A stretch of 64,000 bases of DNA from Heterodontus francisci. Its lineage: Eukaryota. Position 1 is the stretch's first letter. Every line of letters starts with the position of its first letter. The DNA is taken from NCBI RefSeq assembly GCF_036365525.1, contig NC_090404.1, positions 12,862,550 to 12,926,549 of the forward strand, given 5' to 3'. Made by a program: the position numbers and the translations under genes. The notes beneath the pieces were generated by a model. It saw only the letters and a list, made by a program, of their open reading frames with translations. It did no database searches and was not told where the DNA came from. This document shows, in pieces, positions 48,517 through 61,353 of this stretch.

Positions 48517-50811
48517 GTTGTTGTATGGCGTACCGACCTCTACCTTGCAGAAGCTCAACGCCAACTCACAGACACCTCTTCCTACCTCCCTCTGGACCAT
48601 GACCCCACCACCGAACATCAAGCCACCGTCCAAAGGACTGTCACTGACCTCATCTCCTCTGGAGATCTTCCCTCTGCAGCTTCCAACCTCATAGTCCCGC
48701 AACCCCGGACAGCACGCTTCTACCTCCTTCCCAAAATCCACAAACGGGACTGTCCCGGCAGACCCATTGTGTCAGCCTGCTCCTGCCCCACTGAACTTAT
48801 TTCTTCCTATCTAGACTCTATCTTTTCTCCGCTGGTCCAGTCTCTTCCCACCTACATCCGTGACTCTTCTGACGCCCTACGTCATTTTGACAATTTCCAG
48901 TTTCCTGGTCCCAACCGCCTCCTCTTCACTATGGACGTCCAATCGCTCTACACCTCCATCCCCCACCAGGATGGTTTGAGGGCTCTCCGCTTCTTCCTGG
49001 AACAGAGGCCTAACCAGTCCCCATCCACCAACACCCTCCTCCGCCTGGCTGAACTTGTTCTCACATTGAACAACTTCTCCTTCAACTCCATGCATTTCCT
49101 TCAAGTAAAAGGTGTCGCTATGGGTACCCGCATGGGTCCTAGTTATGCCTGTCTTTTTGTGGGATATGTCGAGCATTCTTTGTTCCAGTCCTACTCAGGC
49201 CCCCTCCCCCAACTCTTTTTCAGGTACATCGATGACTGTATCGGTGCCGTTTCCTGCTCCCGCCCCGAACTAGAAAACTTTATCAACTTTGCTTCCAATT
49301 TCCACCCTTCTCTCACCTTTACATGGTCCATCTCTGACACTTCCCTTCCCTTCCTCGACTTCTCTGTCTCCATCTCTGGGGATAGGTTGTCTACCAATAT
49401 CCATTATAAGCTCACTGACTCCCACAGCTACCTCGACTACACTTCTTCACACCCTACCTCCTGTAAGGACTCCATTCCATTCTCCCAGTTTCTCTGTCTC
49501 CGACGCATCTGCTCTGATGATGCTACCTTCCATGACGGTGCTTCTGATATGACCTCCTTTTTCCTCAACCGAGGATTTCCCCCCACTGTGGTTGACAGGG
49601 CCCTCAACCGTGTCCGACCCATTCCCCGCACCTCTACCCTCACCCCTTCCCCTCCCTCCCAGAACCGTGACAGGGTTCCCCTTGTCCTCACTTTTCATCC
49701 CACCAGCCTCCATATCCAAAGGATCATCCTCCGCCATTTTCGCCACCTCCAGCGTGATGCCACTACCAGTCGCATCTTCCCCTCCCTTCCCCTGTCAGCA
49801 TTCCGAAGGGATTGTTCCCTCCACGACACCCTGGTCCACTCCTCCATTACCCCCACCACCTCGTCCCCGTCCCAGGGCACCTTCCCTTGCAATCGCAGGA
49901 GGTGTAATACCTGCCCATTTCCCTGCTCTCTCCTCACTATCCCAGGCCCCAAACACTCCTTTCAGGTGAAGCAGCGATTTACTTGTACTTCTTTCAATGT
50001 AGTATACTGTATTCGCTGCTCACAGTGTGGTCTCCTCTACATTGGGGAGACCAAGCGCAGACTGGGTGACCGCTTTGCAGAACATCTCCGCTCAGTCCAC
50101 AAGCAGGACCCTGAGCTTCCGGTTGCTTGCCATTTCAACACTCCCCCCTGCTGTCATGCTCACATCTCTGTCCTGGTATTGCTGCAGTGTTCCAGTGAAC
50201 ATCAACGCAAGCTCGAGGAACAGCATCTCATCTACCGATTAGGCACACTACAGCCTGCCGGACTGAACATTGAGTTCAATAATTTCAGAGCATGACAGCC
50301 CCCCACTTTACTTTCATTTTTAGTCATTTTTAGTTATTTTTTCTTCCTTTTTTTTTACATTCCTTTTTACATTTTTTACAATCTTTTTTTGCATTTATTT
50401 CATTTCATCTTAGTTTGTTCAGTTTGCTTACCCACTGTTTTTTTCAGGTTGTTTTTCTTCAGGTTTGCACTTGCTGCTGTTCAATATTCAGTATATTCAC
50501 ACCTAATCTGTACTAATGCTTTGTCTTTCAACACACCATTAACATATTGTTTGCCTTTGCTCCGTGACTTTTTGGTCAGCTATGTGGCCTGGTCCAATCT
50601 GCACCTTCTCCTTTGTTATCTCTTGCCCAACCCCCACCTCACTTGTTTATAATCTGTGACTTTTCTAATATTTGTCAGTTCCGAAGAAGGGTCACTGACC
50701 CGAAACGTTAACTCTGCTTCTCTTTCCACAGATGCTGCCAGACCTGCTGAGTGAATCCAGCATTTCTTGTTTTTGTTTCAGATTTCCAGCATCCGCAGTA
50801 TTTTGCTTTTA
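48517..50811 (+). mobile_element. Penelope-like retroelement, 5'-truncated, with uninterrupted RT plus GIY-YIG endonuclease ORF (to 50295)
   Basis: FYLLPKIHK..PGRPIVS, MDVQSLYT, GVAMGTRMGP, RYIDD, VVYCIRCSQCGLLYIGET; 3' region with a hammerhead-like core. Confidence 0.95.
50677..50715 (+). ncRNA. Penelope-associated minimal hammerhead ribozyme-like motif
   Basis: CCGAAGA-a-GGGTC act GACCC-GAAA-CGTT; related copies carry canonical CTGATGA/CTGAGGA cores at ~61455-61485 (-) and ~55005-55038 (-). Confidence 0.55.
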
Positions 50812-51476
50812 TATTTGTGTGTAGGGAAAGCTATTGGATGTGAAATAACTACGGCTATGGTCTGCTCTTACAGAACAGTGAAGTCAGGCGGATCCTGGGA
50901 CATTAAATCGGCGCCACTCGTTCCTGTGGCAAAGTACAATATGCTTGTAAAGTCATAGAATGCATACTGATCATTTTAACAGACTCATCTGGCTGCACGA
51001 CCATTATTGTCAGTCAGGAACATAGGGAGCACATGGTGTTTGGTTTCGAGTTAGACTGAAAATAGCAGAATGTTTTAAATGTCTGAGCCTTCTCGTCTGA
51101 TATTAAATTGTAAACACGGAACAGAGGAATGCTTAGATATAATAATATAATGTAATATAATAAATGTAACATAAACATAAGATGATTAATACAATGAAGT
51201 AGAAGAAAATGCAACATTACGCAATACAACATATGTAACAGATCACAATATAATATCATTCAATACGATACAATCTAACATAGCAAAGCATTCTAAAATA
51301 TATGGATGCATATTTTGTATATAAAATGTAAAATATTCCGTACAGCCAGAGACAGCCACAGTCCCACGAAGGGAAAAGTATGAAACCCAGTGAAGATAAT
51401 CACTAAAGTGAAGCTTAACTTCATGTCGGATCCTATCAACTTGTGTAAACTAATTGTTGGAAGATCATGACAGACT

Positions 51477-52618
51477 CATGGCAGACTGGTACAAAAGGTG
51501 AAGTCACACGGGATCAGAGGTGAGCTGGCAAGATGGATACAGAACTCGCTCGGTCATAGAAGACAGAGGGTAGCAGTGGAAGGGTGCTTTTCTGAATGGA
51601 GGGATGTGACTAGTGGTGTTCCGCAGGGATCAGTGCTGGGACCTTTGCTCTTTGTAGTATTTATAAATGATTTGGAGGAAAATGTAGCTGGTGTGATTAG
51701 TAAGTTTGCGGACGACACAAAGGTTGGTGGAGTTGCGGACATTGATGAGGATTGTCAGAGGATACAGCAGGATGTAGATCGGTTGAAGACTTGGGTGGAG
51801 AAATGGCAGATGGTGTTTAATCTGGACAAATGTGAGGTAATGCATTTTGGAAGGTCTAATGCAGGTGGGATGTATACAGTAAATGGCAGAACCCTGAGGA
51901 GTATTGACAGGCAGAGAGATCTGGGCGTACAGGTCCACATGTCACTGAAAGTGGCAACACAGGTGGATAAGGTAGTCAAGAAGGCATACGGCATGCTTGT
52001 CTTCATCGGTCGGGGCATAGAGTATAAAAATTGGCAAGTCATGCTGCAGCTGGACAGAACTTTAGTTAGGCCACACTTAGAATATTGCGTGCAATTCTGG
52101 TCGCCACACTACCAGAAGGACGTGGAGGCTGTGGAGAGGGCACAGAAGAGGTTTACCAGGATGTTGCCTGGTCTGGAGGGCATTAGCTATGAGGAGAGGT
52201 TGGATAAACTCGGATTGTTTTCACTGGAACGACGGAGGTGGCGACATGATAGAGGTTTACAAAGTTATGAGCGGCATGGACAGAGTGGATAGTCAGAAGC
52301 TTTTTCCCAGGGTGGAAGAGTCAGTTACTAGGGGACATAGGTTTAAGGTGAGAGGGGCAAAGTTTAGAGGGGATGTGCGAGGCAAGTTCTTTACACAGAG
52401 GGTGGTGAGTGCCTGGAACTTGCTGCCGGGGGAGGTGGTGGAAGCAGGTACGATAGCGACGTTTAAGAGGAATCTTGACAAATAGATGAATAGGATGGGA
52501 ATAGAGGGATACGGTTCCCGGAAGTGCAGAAGGTTTTAGATTAGGCAGGCATCAAGATCCGCGCAGGCTTGGAGGGCCGAATGGCCTGTTCCTGTGCTGT
52601 ACTGTTCTTTGTTCTTTG
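51477..52618 (+). mobile_element. Young 5'-truncated CR1 LINE
   Basis: ORF 51498-52292 RT; highly similar to 3178-4325. Confidence 0.92.
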
Positions 52619-52901
52619 ACCGAGAGAGGCTCCTGTGGAATGCAGCGCTGTTATGTATTAAACTGTGATTGACGCTACGACACTTGCCGTCACTCACGGG
52701 TCTCTGGGACAGGTGCTGGCAAAGTGAACCTGTGAGGCGAGGTCTGAGCTTAGCATTGATCGGGTCTGGGGGCTGGTGGGGGAGGGGGGAGCTTATGCGT
52801 TCGAACATCAGCGATCCTGAACCACACGCTGAAATGGGAACAGCGGGAACACAGTGAACAATGTTCTCTCAGGTCAGCTAAAAGGGTCTGCTTAAACTCG
52901 G

Positions 52902-52915
52902 CCACCAGATGGCGG
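52902..52915 (+). promoter_or_regulatory. CTCF motif
   Basis: CCACCAGATGGCGG in a CpG-containing patch ~1.1 kb upstream of V7. Confidence 0.6.
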
Positions 52916-54031
52916 TGGCACGCTTCTTTTTCCAACGCCGCTCGCGTTGTATCACCCAATGCAATGTGGCATTTGCTTTTAATATCAATGAACAAAAGCT
53001 TCAATTTCACCTCTCAGTTTAATTCTCACTGATATTATTCCGGCAACTTACTATTTAATAATTTCAAAAACCACTTGAATGTAAATGAGCTTGTCACCTC
53101 AAGTTTGCAGTTTCGAATTAAATACACTAATTAAAATTCGGAATGGGTTGGGATTTTGTGGAATTAACTAACATCCGCTTTCACCCCCATAGTTTAATGC
53201 CAGTTCAGTGTGGAAGAGATTTGTAGCTAATGAAGTAACTCTGCAAATGCTTTCGGGAGCCTGAGAGTGACACGGTTCCTATAGAGAAGCGGAGTTAGAT
53301 AATTTCCAAGTGGAAAATTGTAGTTGAATTAATTTCCTCACACATATGTTGTCCGCATGCTGTACAGATCAATGCAAAAGATAAACAAACGGTGCCAATA
53401 GATATGTAATCCATCTGATCCTGACAATGTGAACATCCCTTGTGCTTCACGATTCTCTGGATTAAGATTCATCCACCAAAATTGTCAGTATTGTCTCATC
53501 TCCAGTAATTAAGTTTGTTTAAGGTCACTCTTAATATTCACTTCTCACTTGCATTCGGTAGCCCGGGTGTCTTGTCAGGTCATCCGTCTGAGACACGGCT
53601 CACCTCAGTCACCCACATCAGAGAGGCCTCCATCCCCTTTATCTGGGCAGGATTTAAAAATCAAGCCTCGGAGGGTGAAATGTTTGCTTCGGACACATTG
53701 CAACGACATGAGTCCCCCAGTGAATGATCACCAATCGAATATCGGGCATGTCAGTGAGAAACACGTCAGCCGTCTGATTAATGCATGATGGGAAAAAGGA
53801 GCGGCCGTCTTTGCCTGTCACTGGCAAATTAAAGCACTGATTACCGAATTTCTAGACCATGCATGTGGATTTTCAGACAATCGATGTCATGGAATGTCAG
53901 AACCAATATCCTGAAATACGATGTAGCCGATTGCGACATTCACCTTTTTATTCTCATGTGGCTATTCTGACTTAAGCAGATTGAGTTGGAAAATGAAGCT
54001 ATTGAGAGCGTTGCATTTTGTTTTCTAACAA

Positions 54032-54360
54032 GGGTCTGTTGTAAGAGAGGGAGATCCCAAACTGACCAGGTGAGGGCACTCGAGGGACAAAAGGTTCAAA
54101 TCCCGTGCGATCCGACCACCAGCAGCAGTGATAGGATATCTGTTATTGGTATTTACCGGACTGGACACCGGAATTTATAGTCTCCGCCCCGCCTATCATG
54201 CTAACAGAACAGGCGGGAGCGGACGGTTTGGAGTGTTTGTTGACAGAAAGAGAAATTATAATTTTTCAGTGTGCTGGAAGTGGTGGCTATGAACTCCGGG
54301 GTATATTACTATGGGAAGATACGCATTGGTACAAATAGGGAGACATCCTTTCGAATAACT
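54032..54360 (+). pseudogene. Degenerate TCR V pseudogene (V7) with RSS relic
   Basis: Across frameshifts: QVRALEGQKVQIPC..YWYLP..PEFIVS..SGRFGVFVDRK..VAMNSGVYYYGK (second Cys lost); heptamer CGCATTG 54322-54328, 23-nt spacer, nonamer CGAATAACT 54352-54360. Confidence 0.78.
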
Positions 54361-54379
54361 CTTTCTGCAAGAACAAAAG

Positions 54380-55900
54380 AACACAAGCACATAAGAAATA
54401 GGGGCCGAAGTAGACCATTCAGCTCTTCGAGCCCACTCCGCCATTCAATGTGATCATGGTTGATCTTCTACCGCCCCTCCATTTTCCTGCACTAACGCCG
54501 TAACCCATGATATTTTTAATATCTAGAAATCTAATGATCTCAGTCTTGAACATAAGCAACGACTGAGCCTCTGCAGCCCTCTGGAGCAGAGAATTCCAAA
54601 GATTCACCACCCTCTGAGTGAGTAAACTCCTCCTCATCTCAGTCCTAATTGGCCTGCCCCTTATTCTGAGACTGTGATCACCACTGACCACCTCCAGGCG
54701 CTTACCCATTGTCTCTCGAGATAAGGAGGCCAAAGAAAAGAGAAAGAAAGGTCCTTGGTTCTGGGCTCTGCAGCCAGGGAAACATCCTCCCTGCATCAAT
54801 CATGTCAAGCCCTGTACGAATTTTGTATGTTTGAATGAGATCACCTCTCATTCTTCTAAACGCCAGAGAATATGGGCCCAGCCTATTTAATCTTTCCTCA
54901 TAGGACAATTCCTCCATCCCAGGAATTAGTTTGGTGAAACAAAGACACAAACTGCTGGAAATACTCAGCATGTTTGGCAGCATCTGTGGAGAGAGAAGCA
55001 AAGTTAGCGTTTCAGGTCTGTGACCTTTCCTCAGAACTGGCAAAGGTTAGAAAAGAATTAGGTTTTAAGCAAGTGAAGGGGAGGGAGTGTGGGGGAGAAA
55101 ACAAAGGGCAGGGTGTTTGATAAGGCAGTAGAGATTGAATAACAAAGCTGTCCTGGGACAAAGGCAAAGCATGTGTGCTATCATATTCTGGTTCTGGCAC
55201 AGACACGATGGGCCAAGTGGCCTCTCTCTGCGCTGTAAACTTTCTACTATTCTGTGACCATTCTTTCCTAAAGGCTCCGTTACAGCAAGATTATTAATTA
55301 GCCACTTTTCATTGCACAATACTAGATGTAAAATAGCCCTTTCCCTAGTTGGTTCCTCAACATGCTACTCTACAAAACCACCTCGTATACATTTCAAGAA
55401 TTTGTCCTCTACACCTTTATTACTAATAAAGTTTACCCAGTTTGCATGTAGATTGAAATCCCCCATGATTATTGTATTACCCTTACTACATGCTTTTCTA
55501 ATTTCCTGATTTATACAGTGATTTACATTATCACTGCTATTAGGTGGCCAACAAGCAACTCCGACAAACGTTTCCTGCCCCTTGCTGTTTCTCAGTTCCA
55601 CCCAAACTGATTCTACGTCTTGATCTTTAGACCTAATGTCATCTCTCACTTCAGTATTAATGCACTCTTTAATTAACAGAGCTACCCCACCACTTTTTAC
55701 CAGCTTCCTGTCCTTCCTAAATGTCACGTAGCCTTGGATATTCAGATCCCAGCTTTGGTTTCCTTGTAAACACATCTCTATAATGGCTTTCAGGTCATAC
55801 ATATGAATTTCTATTTCAGCTGACAATTCATCTTTTTGATTGCGAATACAGAGTCCTTAATTCCGTTTTCTACTGTCTAAAAAAAACTCTGGCTCTATCG
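54380..55900 (-). mobile_element. Composite of CR1 fragments with a nested RTE tail (~54680-54750, +) and a Penelope 3' fragment (~54938-55180, -)
   Basis: CR1 3' tail and endonuclease ORF 55365-55826; RTE tail matches 43325-43385; Penelope tail matches 50680-50800. Confidence 0.8.
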
Positions 55901-56734
55901 GCTGGCACATTCTTGAGTTTGTAATCACTGTCCCTTCCTGCTGTACTTTGATCATCATTACACTTATTGCTATTTTGTTTTCAATAATAGACTGCAGGAC
56001 TTTCATTTCACCATTTTTATTCTCACATTAGAACAGAAGCATTTGGAGTTGCAGTATTGTCATTTCGTGTCATTTCATCAAAAACCTAAAGGGTTAAGGA
56101 AAGGTTAATGGTGTCGCCACTTTAAGAGGACACACTTATATGAATCCCGGGGGCTGAAGTTACCCAGACTCCCTGATTTCCCTGAGATATATCAAATATG
56201 GTGATGCCATATTATTAAAAACTCACTTGTATAGTTTCAGAAAGTCTTCAGGGCAACTAGGGACGTTCAATAAGTGTTGGATTTGCCCATATTCCTGGAA
56301 CTAATTTAAAATACAACAATTTATGCTGTATTCATGTTATTTCATTCTTTTATTTCGTATCACATCAAATCAAATAATTTAAAATGTAAGTTACTACAAT
56401 ATTTACATTCGTCTTAGATTACTTTCTCTCAGTAGCAAACATCCTCTCCACAGTAAAATAAATTAGAAAAATACAATTACTTCAGGGAATGAATACCAAT
56501 TTTGACAAATTCAACTGGCAAAATGGCGCGCCTGCCCCATTAGGAAAATTCGTGCAGGCACAGAACCGAGAGGACAATCAGCCATTGACAAATGTGTAAC
56601 AGAGGGAATAGGTGTACAGTACAATGAAAATTTGCCATTCCTGTTTGTCTCATGCAATGAAAATGAATCCAGATATACCATACAGACGTTATGGTGAGTG
56701 TAAAGTAGACAAATAACGACATATTAACTTAAAT

Positions 56735-59362
56735 GGGTGAAGCAGATTAGAGAACTAAATGCGTGGCGCAAAGAATGGTGTGGGAAGAAAGGGTTTCGAT
56801 TCTTGGGGCATCAGTATTCCGGGAAGAGGAACCTATTCCGTTTGGATGGGCTTCACTTGAACCGGGATGGAACAAGTGTCTTGGCCAATCACATAACTAG
56901 GGCTGCGGACAGGGTGTGCCGATAGTGCTGTGGGTAACTCCCAACAGAATGGTGCAGGAATAGGCAGAGAGCTTAGCAAAAATTGTACATTGGCACATAA
57001 GGTCATTGCAGGGAATAGTGGTTAAAAAATTAAATTGAACTTCCTTTATCTGAATGCAGGAAACATCTGTAATAAGATAGATAAACTAGTGGCACGAATA
57101 GAAGCAAACGATCAAGATCTAATTGCCATTACTGAGATATGGTTACAAGGAGATCAAGGTTGGGAAATGAATATTCCGGGGTACTCAATATTTCGGAGAG
57201 ACAGACAAAAGGCCTAGGAGGAGGGATAGTCCTGATAGTATAGTATGGCATAAGGACATTAATAAGAAGGGATCTAGCGTCAGAACATCATGAAGTAGAA
57301 TCAGTTTGGGTGGAAATTAGAAATAGCAGGAGTCAGAAAACACTAGTGGGAGTAGTTTACAGGCCCCCTAACAGTAGTTACATTACTGGACGGAACATTA
57401 AACGCGAGATTATTGGAGCATGTAAAAATGGCAATTTGTTAATTGTGGGGGACGTTAATCTGCATATAGACTAGGACAATCAAATTAGCAATAGTGGTCC
57501 CGAAGATGAATTTGTAGAGTGTTTTTATGACAGTTTCTTGGAGCAATACGTTGTAGAAGCGATTAGGGATAAAGCTGTGTTACATCTCGGATTGTGTAAT
57601 GAAGCAGGGTTAACAAGCAATGTCGCAGTAAAATATCCATTGGGAAATAGTGATAATATTATTGAATTTCACGTTAAGTTTGAAAGTGACACATTTCAAT
57701 CACAAAAAAGGATCTTAAGCTTAAACAAAGCCAATTACGAAGATATGAGGGGAGAACTGACTAAGGTTAATTGGGTAAATAGACTGGAAGGTATTGTGGT
57801 AAATAAATAATAGGAAACATTTAAAGAAACAATTCAAAGATTCAACAAAAGTACATTCCGTTCAAAGACAAAACCTCGTCAAGAAAGACCCATTCGTGGC
57901 TCACTAAGGAAGTTAAGGAGTGTATTAAACGAAAAGAAGAGGCTTACAATGTTGCAAAAAACAGTAGCAAGTCTGGGGATTGGGAGTGCTTTAGGAAGCA
58001 GCAAAGGACCACCAAAAGGTTGATAAAAAGAGATTAAAGAAGTCTTAACAATGCACTTGGAAAAGCATAGTATGATTGGAACAAGTCAGCATGGTTTTAC
58101 TAAAGGGAGATCCTGTTTGACAAATTTATTAGAGTTTTTTGAGGATGTAAGTAGTAGGGTAGATAAAGGGGGACCAGTAATAGTAGCATATCTGGATTTT
58201 CAAAAGACATTCGATAAGGTGCTGCTGAAAAGATTAATTGGCAAGATAATGGCTCGTGGTGTTGCGGGTAATGTATTAGTGTGGTTAACTGACAGGAAGC
58301 AGAGAGTGGGGAGAAATGGGGCATTTTCAAGTTGGCAGACTGTGAATAGTGAGGTGCAGCAAGGATCAGTGCTGGGCCCTCAGCTAGTTACTCTATATTA
58401 ATAACATGGATGAAGAGACAGAGACTAACATATTTAAGTTTGCTGATGATACAAAGCTCGTTGGAAAGGTAAGCTGCGAGAAGGATGTAGAGAGGCTGCA
58501 AAGAGATATAGACAGGTTAAGTGAGTGGGCAACAAGATGGCAAGTGGAGTATAATGTAGGGAAGTGTGAAGTTGTTCACTTTGGTCATAAAAATAGAAAA
58601 GCAGAATATTTTTTAAGAGGTGTGAAACTGGCAATTGTTGATGTTCAGAGAGACTTGAGGGTTCTCGTACTAGGAACGCACAAAGTTAACTTGTAGGTGC
58701 AGCAGACTATTAGGAAGGCAAATGATACGATGGCCTTTATTGCAATGGGATTGGAGCACAGGAATAAAGAAGTCTTGCTAAATTGTAGAGGGTATTGGTG
58801 AGACTGCATCTGGAATATTGTGTGCAGTTTTGGTCTCCTCATTTATGAAAGGATATACTTGCACTGGAGGCAGTGCAGCGAAGATTTACTAAATGGGTCC
58901 CTAGGATGAAGGGGTTGTCCTATGATGAGAAGCTGAGTAAACTGGGCCTATATTCCCTGGAGTTAGAAGAATGAGAGGCAATCTAATTGAGACATACAAG
59001 AAAGGGCTTGATAGGGTAGAAACTGAGGAGTTGTTCCCACTGGTTAGGGAATCTAGAACACGGGGACACAGTCTCAGGATAAAGGATCAATCATTCAGGA
59101 CTGAGATGAGGAGAAATTACATCACTCAAACGGTTATGAATCTTTGGAATTCTCTACCCCAGAAGGTTGTGGATGCTCCAACATTGAATATATTTAAGGC
59201 TGGGATAGATAGATGCTTGGTCTGGCAGGGAATCAAGGGATATGGGGAGCGGGCAGGAACGTGGAATTGAAGCCCAAGATCAGTCATGATCGTATTGAAT
59301 GGCAGAGCAGGCTCGGTGGGCCATATGGTCTACTTCTGCTCCTATTTCTTGTGTTCTTATGA
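56735..59362 (+). mobile_element. Degraded CR1 LINE (end of ORF1 plus ORF2 with deletion)
   Basis: FRLDGLHLN, YLNAGNI, IAITEIWL, QHGFTKGRSCLTNLLEFF, KFADDTKL, 3' tail. Confidence 0.9.
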
Positions 59363-60426
59363 ACAAAGAAGTGTAGAGAATCTGGGTTTCAGACACAAAA
59401 AAGTGGGGAACAAGCCGCTGATGCTGTGAAAGGGCTAAAGAATCCAAGGTTTATAAACAAGGGCTTGGATTTTAAAACACAACGAAAAATGATAAATCTG
59501 TATAGATCATTGGTTATGCCACAGTTTGAATATTTAATCCAGACTTTGGCCTGTTCTTTAGAAAGATGTTAGATTCATGGACTGGGTGCGGAAGAGATTC
59601 CAAAAGATGAAGCGGGGTGAGAGACGATATTTCTGTGCGGAGGCTTGAGGAACTTGAGCTACTTTCAACCAAACTGAAGCGGTGTGACAGACAGGGCTCA
59701 TAATTAGGAAAGTTAAGAAAAAGGTGAAAAACAAACACAATTAGCACGATTGATAATTCAGTAGATAACTGAAGTGCGATATTTCAAATAATCACCAATT
59801 GAACGGAGGGAGGGTTTCGAAGATTGTTGTGTCTTTCAGCGTAGGATTGTTCGGGATGATATGACGCAACGAGAAACAGTGATGAAAACAGAATCTGTGA
59901 GCAAGTTTGAGAGACAATTGGATAAAAGTTTGAAAATGCAAAAATGAACTAAAAAAAACAAGATGTAGTGAACAGGCAGCTGATTGGGTCTGAATGGACA
60001 GTTCTTTCACAGATGCAGCAAAAGGGTTATGGGTCGAATGGCCTCTCTCTTTGTGCTGTAAAAGTTTATGGTTCAAAGACCAATACTGGCATTGAGAGTT
60101 AGAAAGACGATATAGTGAAATCTTCCTGAACAATTTTGCTTGTTGCATGTACAGCGACAAGAGAAATTCCTTCCCAGTGACGGCTCAAGAGGTCTATGGT
60201 CTGAGAAACAACCAATCCCTGACAGTCACAGTGAATAACGTCAGGTGACGACATCCCATAATAGTCCGATTGGTGAACATGGCCATCAGTCTCACACTAT
60301 ACGAGGAGAATGTAAAGCTCTCCCCTCTCCTCCCCCTCCTCACCATTGAGAGTCTGGGACTCGGCAGCAAGTCCTAGTCTGGAAATCAGACCCTGATTGA
60401 TCCACCTTTTGTCCATCTTCACCATC

Positions 60427-60881
60427 ATGAGCAGAAACCTCCGCAAAAACCTGTTTCCAGTTGGAGTTCTGGTGCTGTTGATGTTGTGTGAGTTTATTTA
60501 TCTGACCAGACACCCTGTTTCGCCAATCTGTCAATACTTTGTGGTTGTTGAGTGATTTTGTTTTGTTCACAGACGTTCAGTGCGAGTATCAGAGCTCACA
60601 CCCTTCTCGGGAAGGTGAACGGGCTGAACTGGACTGCCGACTCTCCATTGCTGCTGAGGATACCGTAGCCTGGCACAAGCAAACACTGACAGGGGCACTG
60701 ATATTTATCAGCTTCATATACTAGCGGACTCAGGCTACAGGGGCTACACACTGTCCTTGGCCCGAATAGAGAAGTCCAACACCATCTCTATAGATGGCAC
60801 AGTTGCCCAAGAGGCCGGACTGCATCACTGTGCCCATGGGGACACAATGAGGCAGAGAGCGGATCCAGCTGCACATTATCT
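60427..60881 (+). pseudogene. Divergent antigen-receptor V pseudogene (V8): leader 60427-60487, V exon from 60573, RSS 60843-60881
   Basis: Leader MSRNLRKNLFPVGVLVLLML|gtgagt; ttcacag acceptor; VQC..EGERAELDC..VAWHKQ..TAG (60722-60724), frameshift, ISID..QEAGLHHCAHG; heptamer CACAATG, 23-nt spacer, nonamer ACATTATCT. Confidence 0.85.
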
Positions 60882-61179
60882 TGTTGGCTGCCTTGTCTCT
60901 ACCGCACCGTTAACCTTCCCCCAATCCAAGCCCTTGAAAAGTGACAGTGATATTCAGGAATGTTACTGATCCGTGTTTGAACTTCCATCTGGATAAAGTT
61001 ACAACATCCTTTAGCTGTTTCTATAGATACAGTGCATTGAAAAATATTAACTAGGACGTTCTATGTTTTGTTGCAGAGCATACAGAGTAAATAGATGGAC
61101 AGACATAGAACACTGCCTTTCACACACCGAGAGAGACAGAGAGAGAGATAAATAGAATGAGAGTAAGGTTGATTAATAT

Positions 61180-61232
<53 letters not shown>
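61180..61232. repeat. (GATA)n microsatellite
   Basis: About 12 tandem GATA units. Confidence 0.95.
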
Positions 61233-61353
61233 CAGTCAGTCAGAGAGGACCTCAGAGAGGAGATAGATTCTGTAATAGATAAATATGCTTGCTTGCTTGG
61301 ATGGAGATGTGACTGCATTGATGCAGGAATGAATAGATAGTTGGTTGGCTGAA

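Larger units (their letters stand above)
48330..51034 (-). pseudogene. V5-paralogous V pseudogene split by a Penelope insertion
   Basis: Leader 51034-50989 (MCSLCS*LTIMVVQP, donor ATGAGT); V exon start 50923 (GTSGADLMSQDPPDFTV); 3' half at ~48330-48510 (RYLLK..HFSDD) aligns with V5. Confidence 0.8.

Noticed and set aside
48385-50295. 636-aa ORF as a host gene
   Set aside because: It is a truncated Penelope RT/GIY-YIG frame extended by chance into antisense V sequence.
51340-51424. Signal-peptide-like minus-strand ORF start MKLSFTLVIIFTGF
   Set aside because: No convincing phase-1 donor or downstream exon; the neighbouring V already has its own leader.
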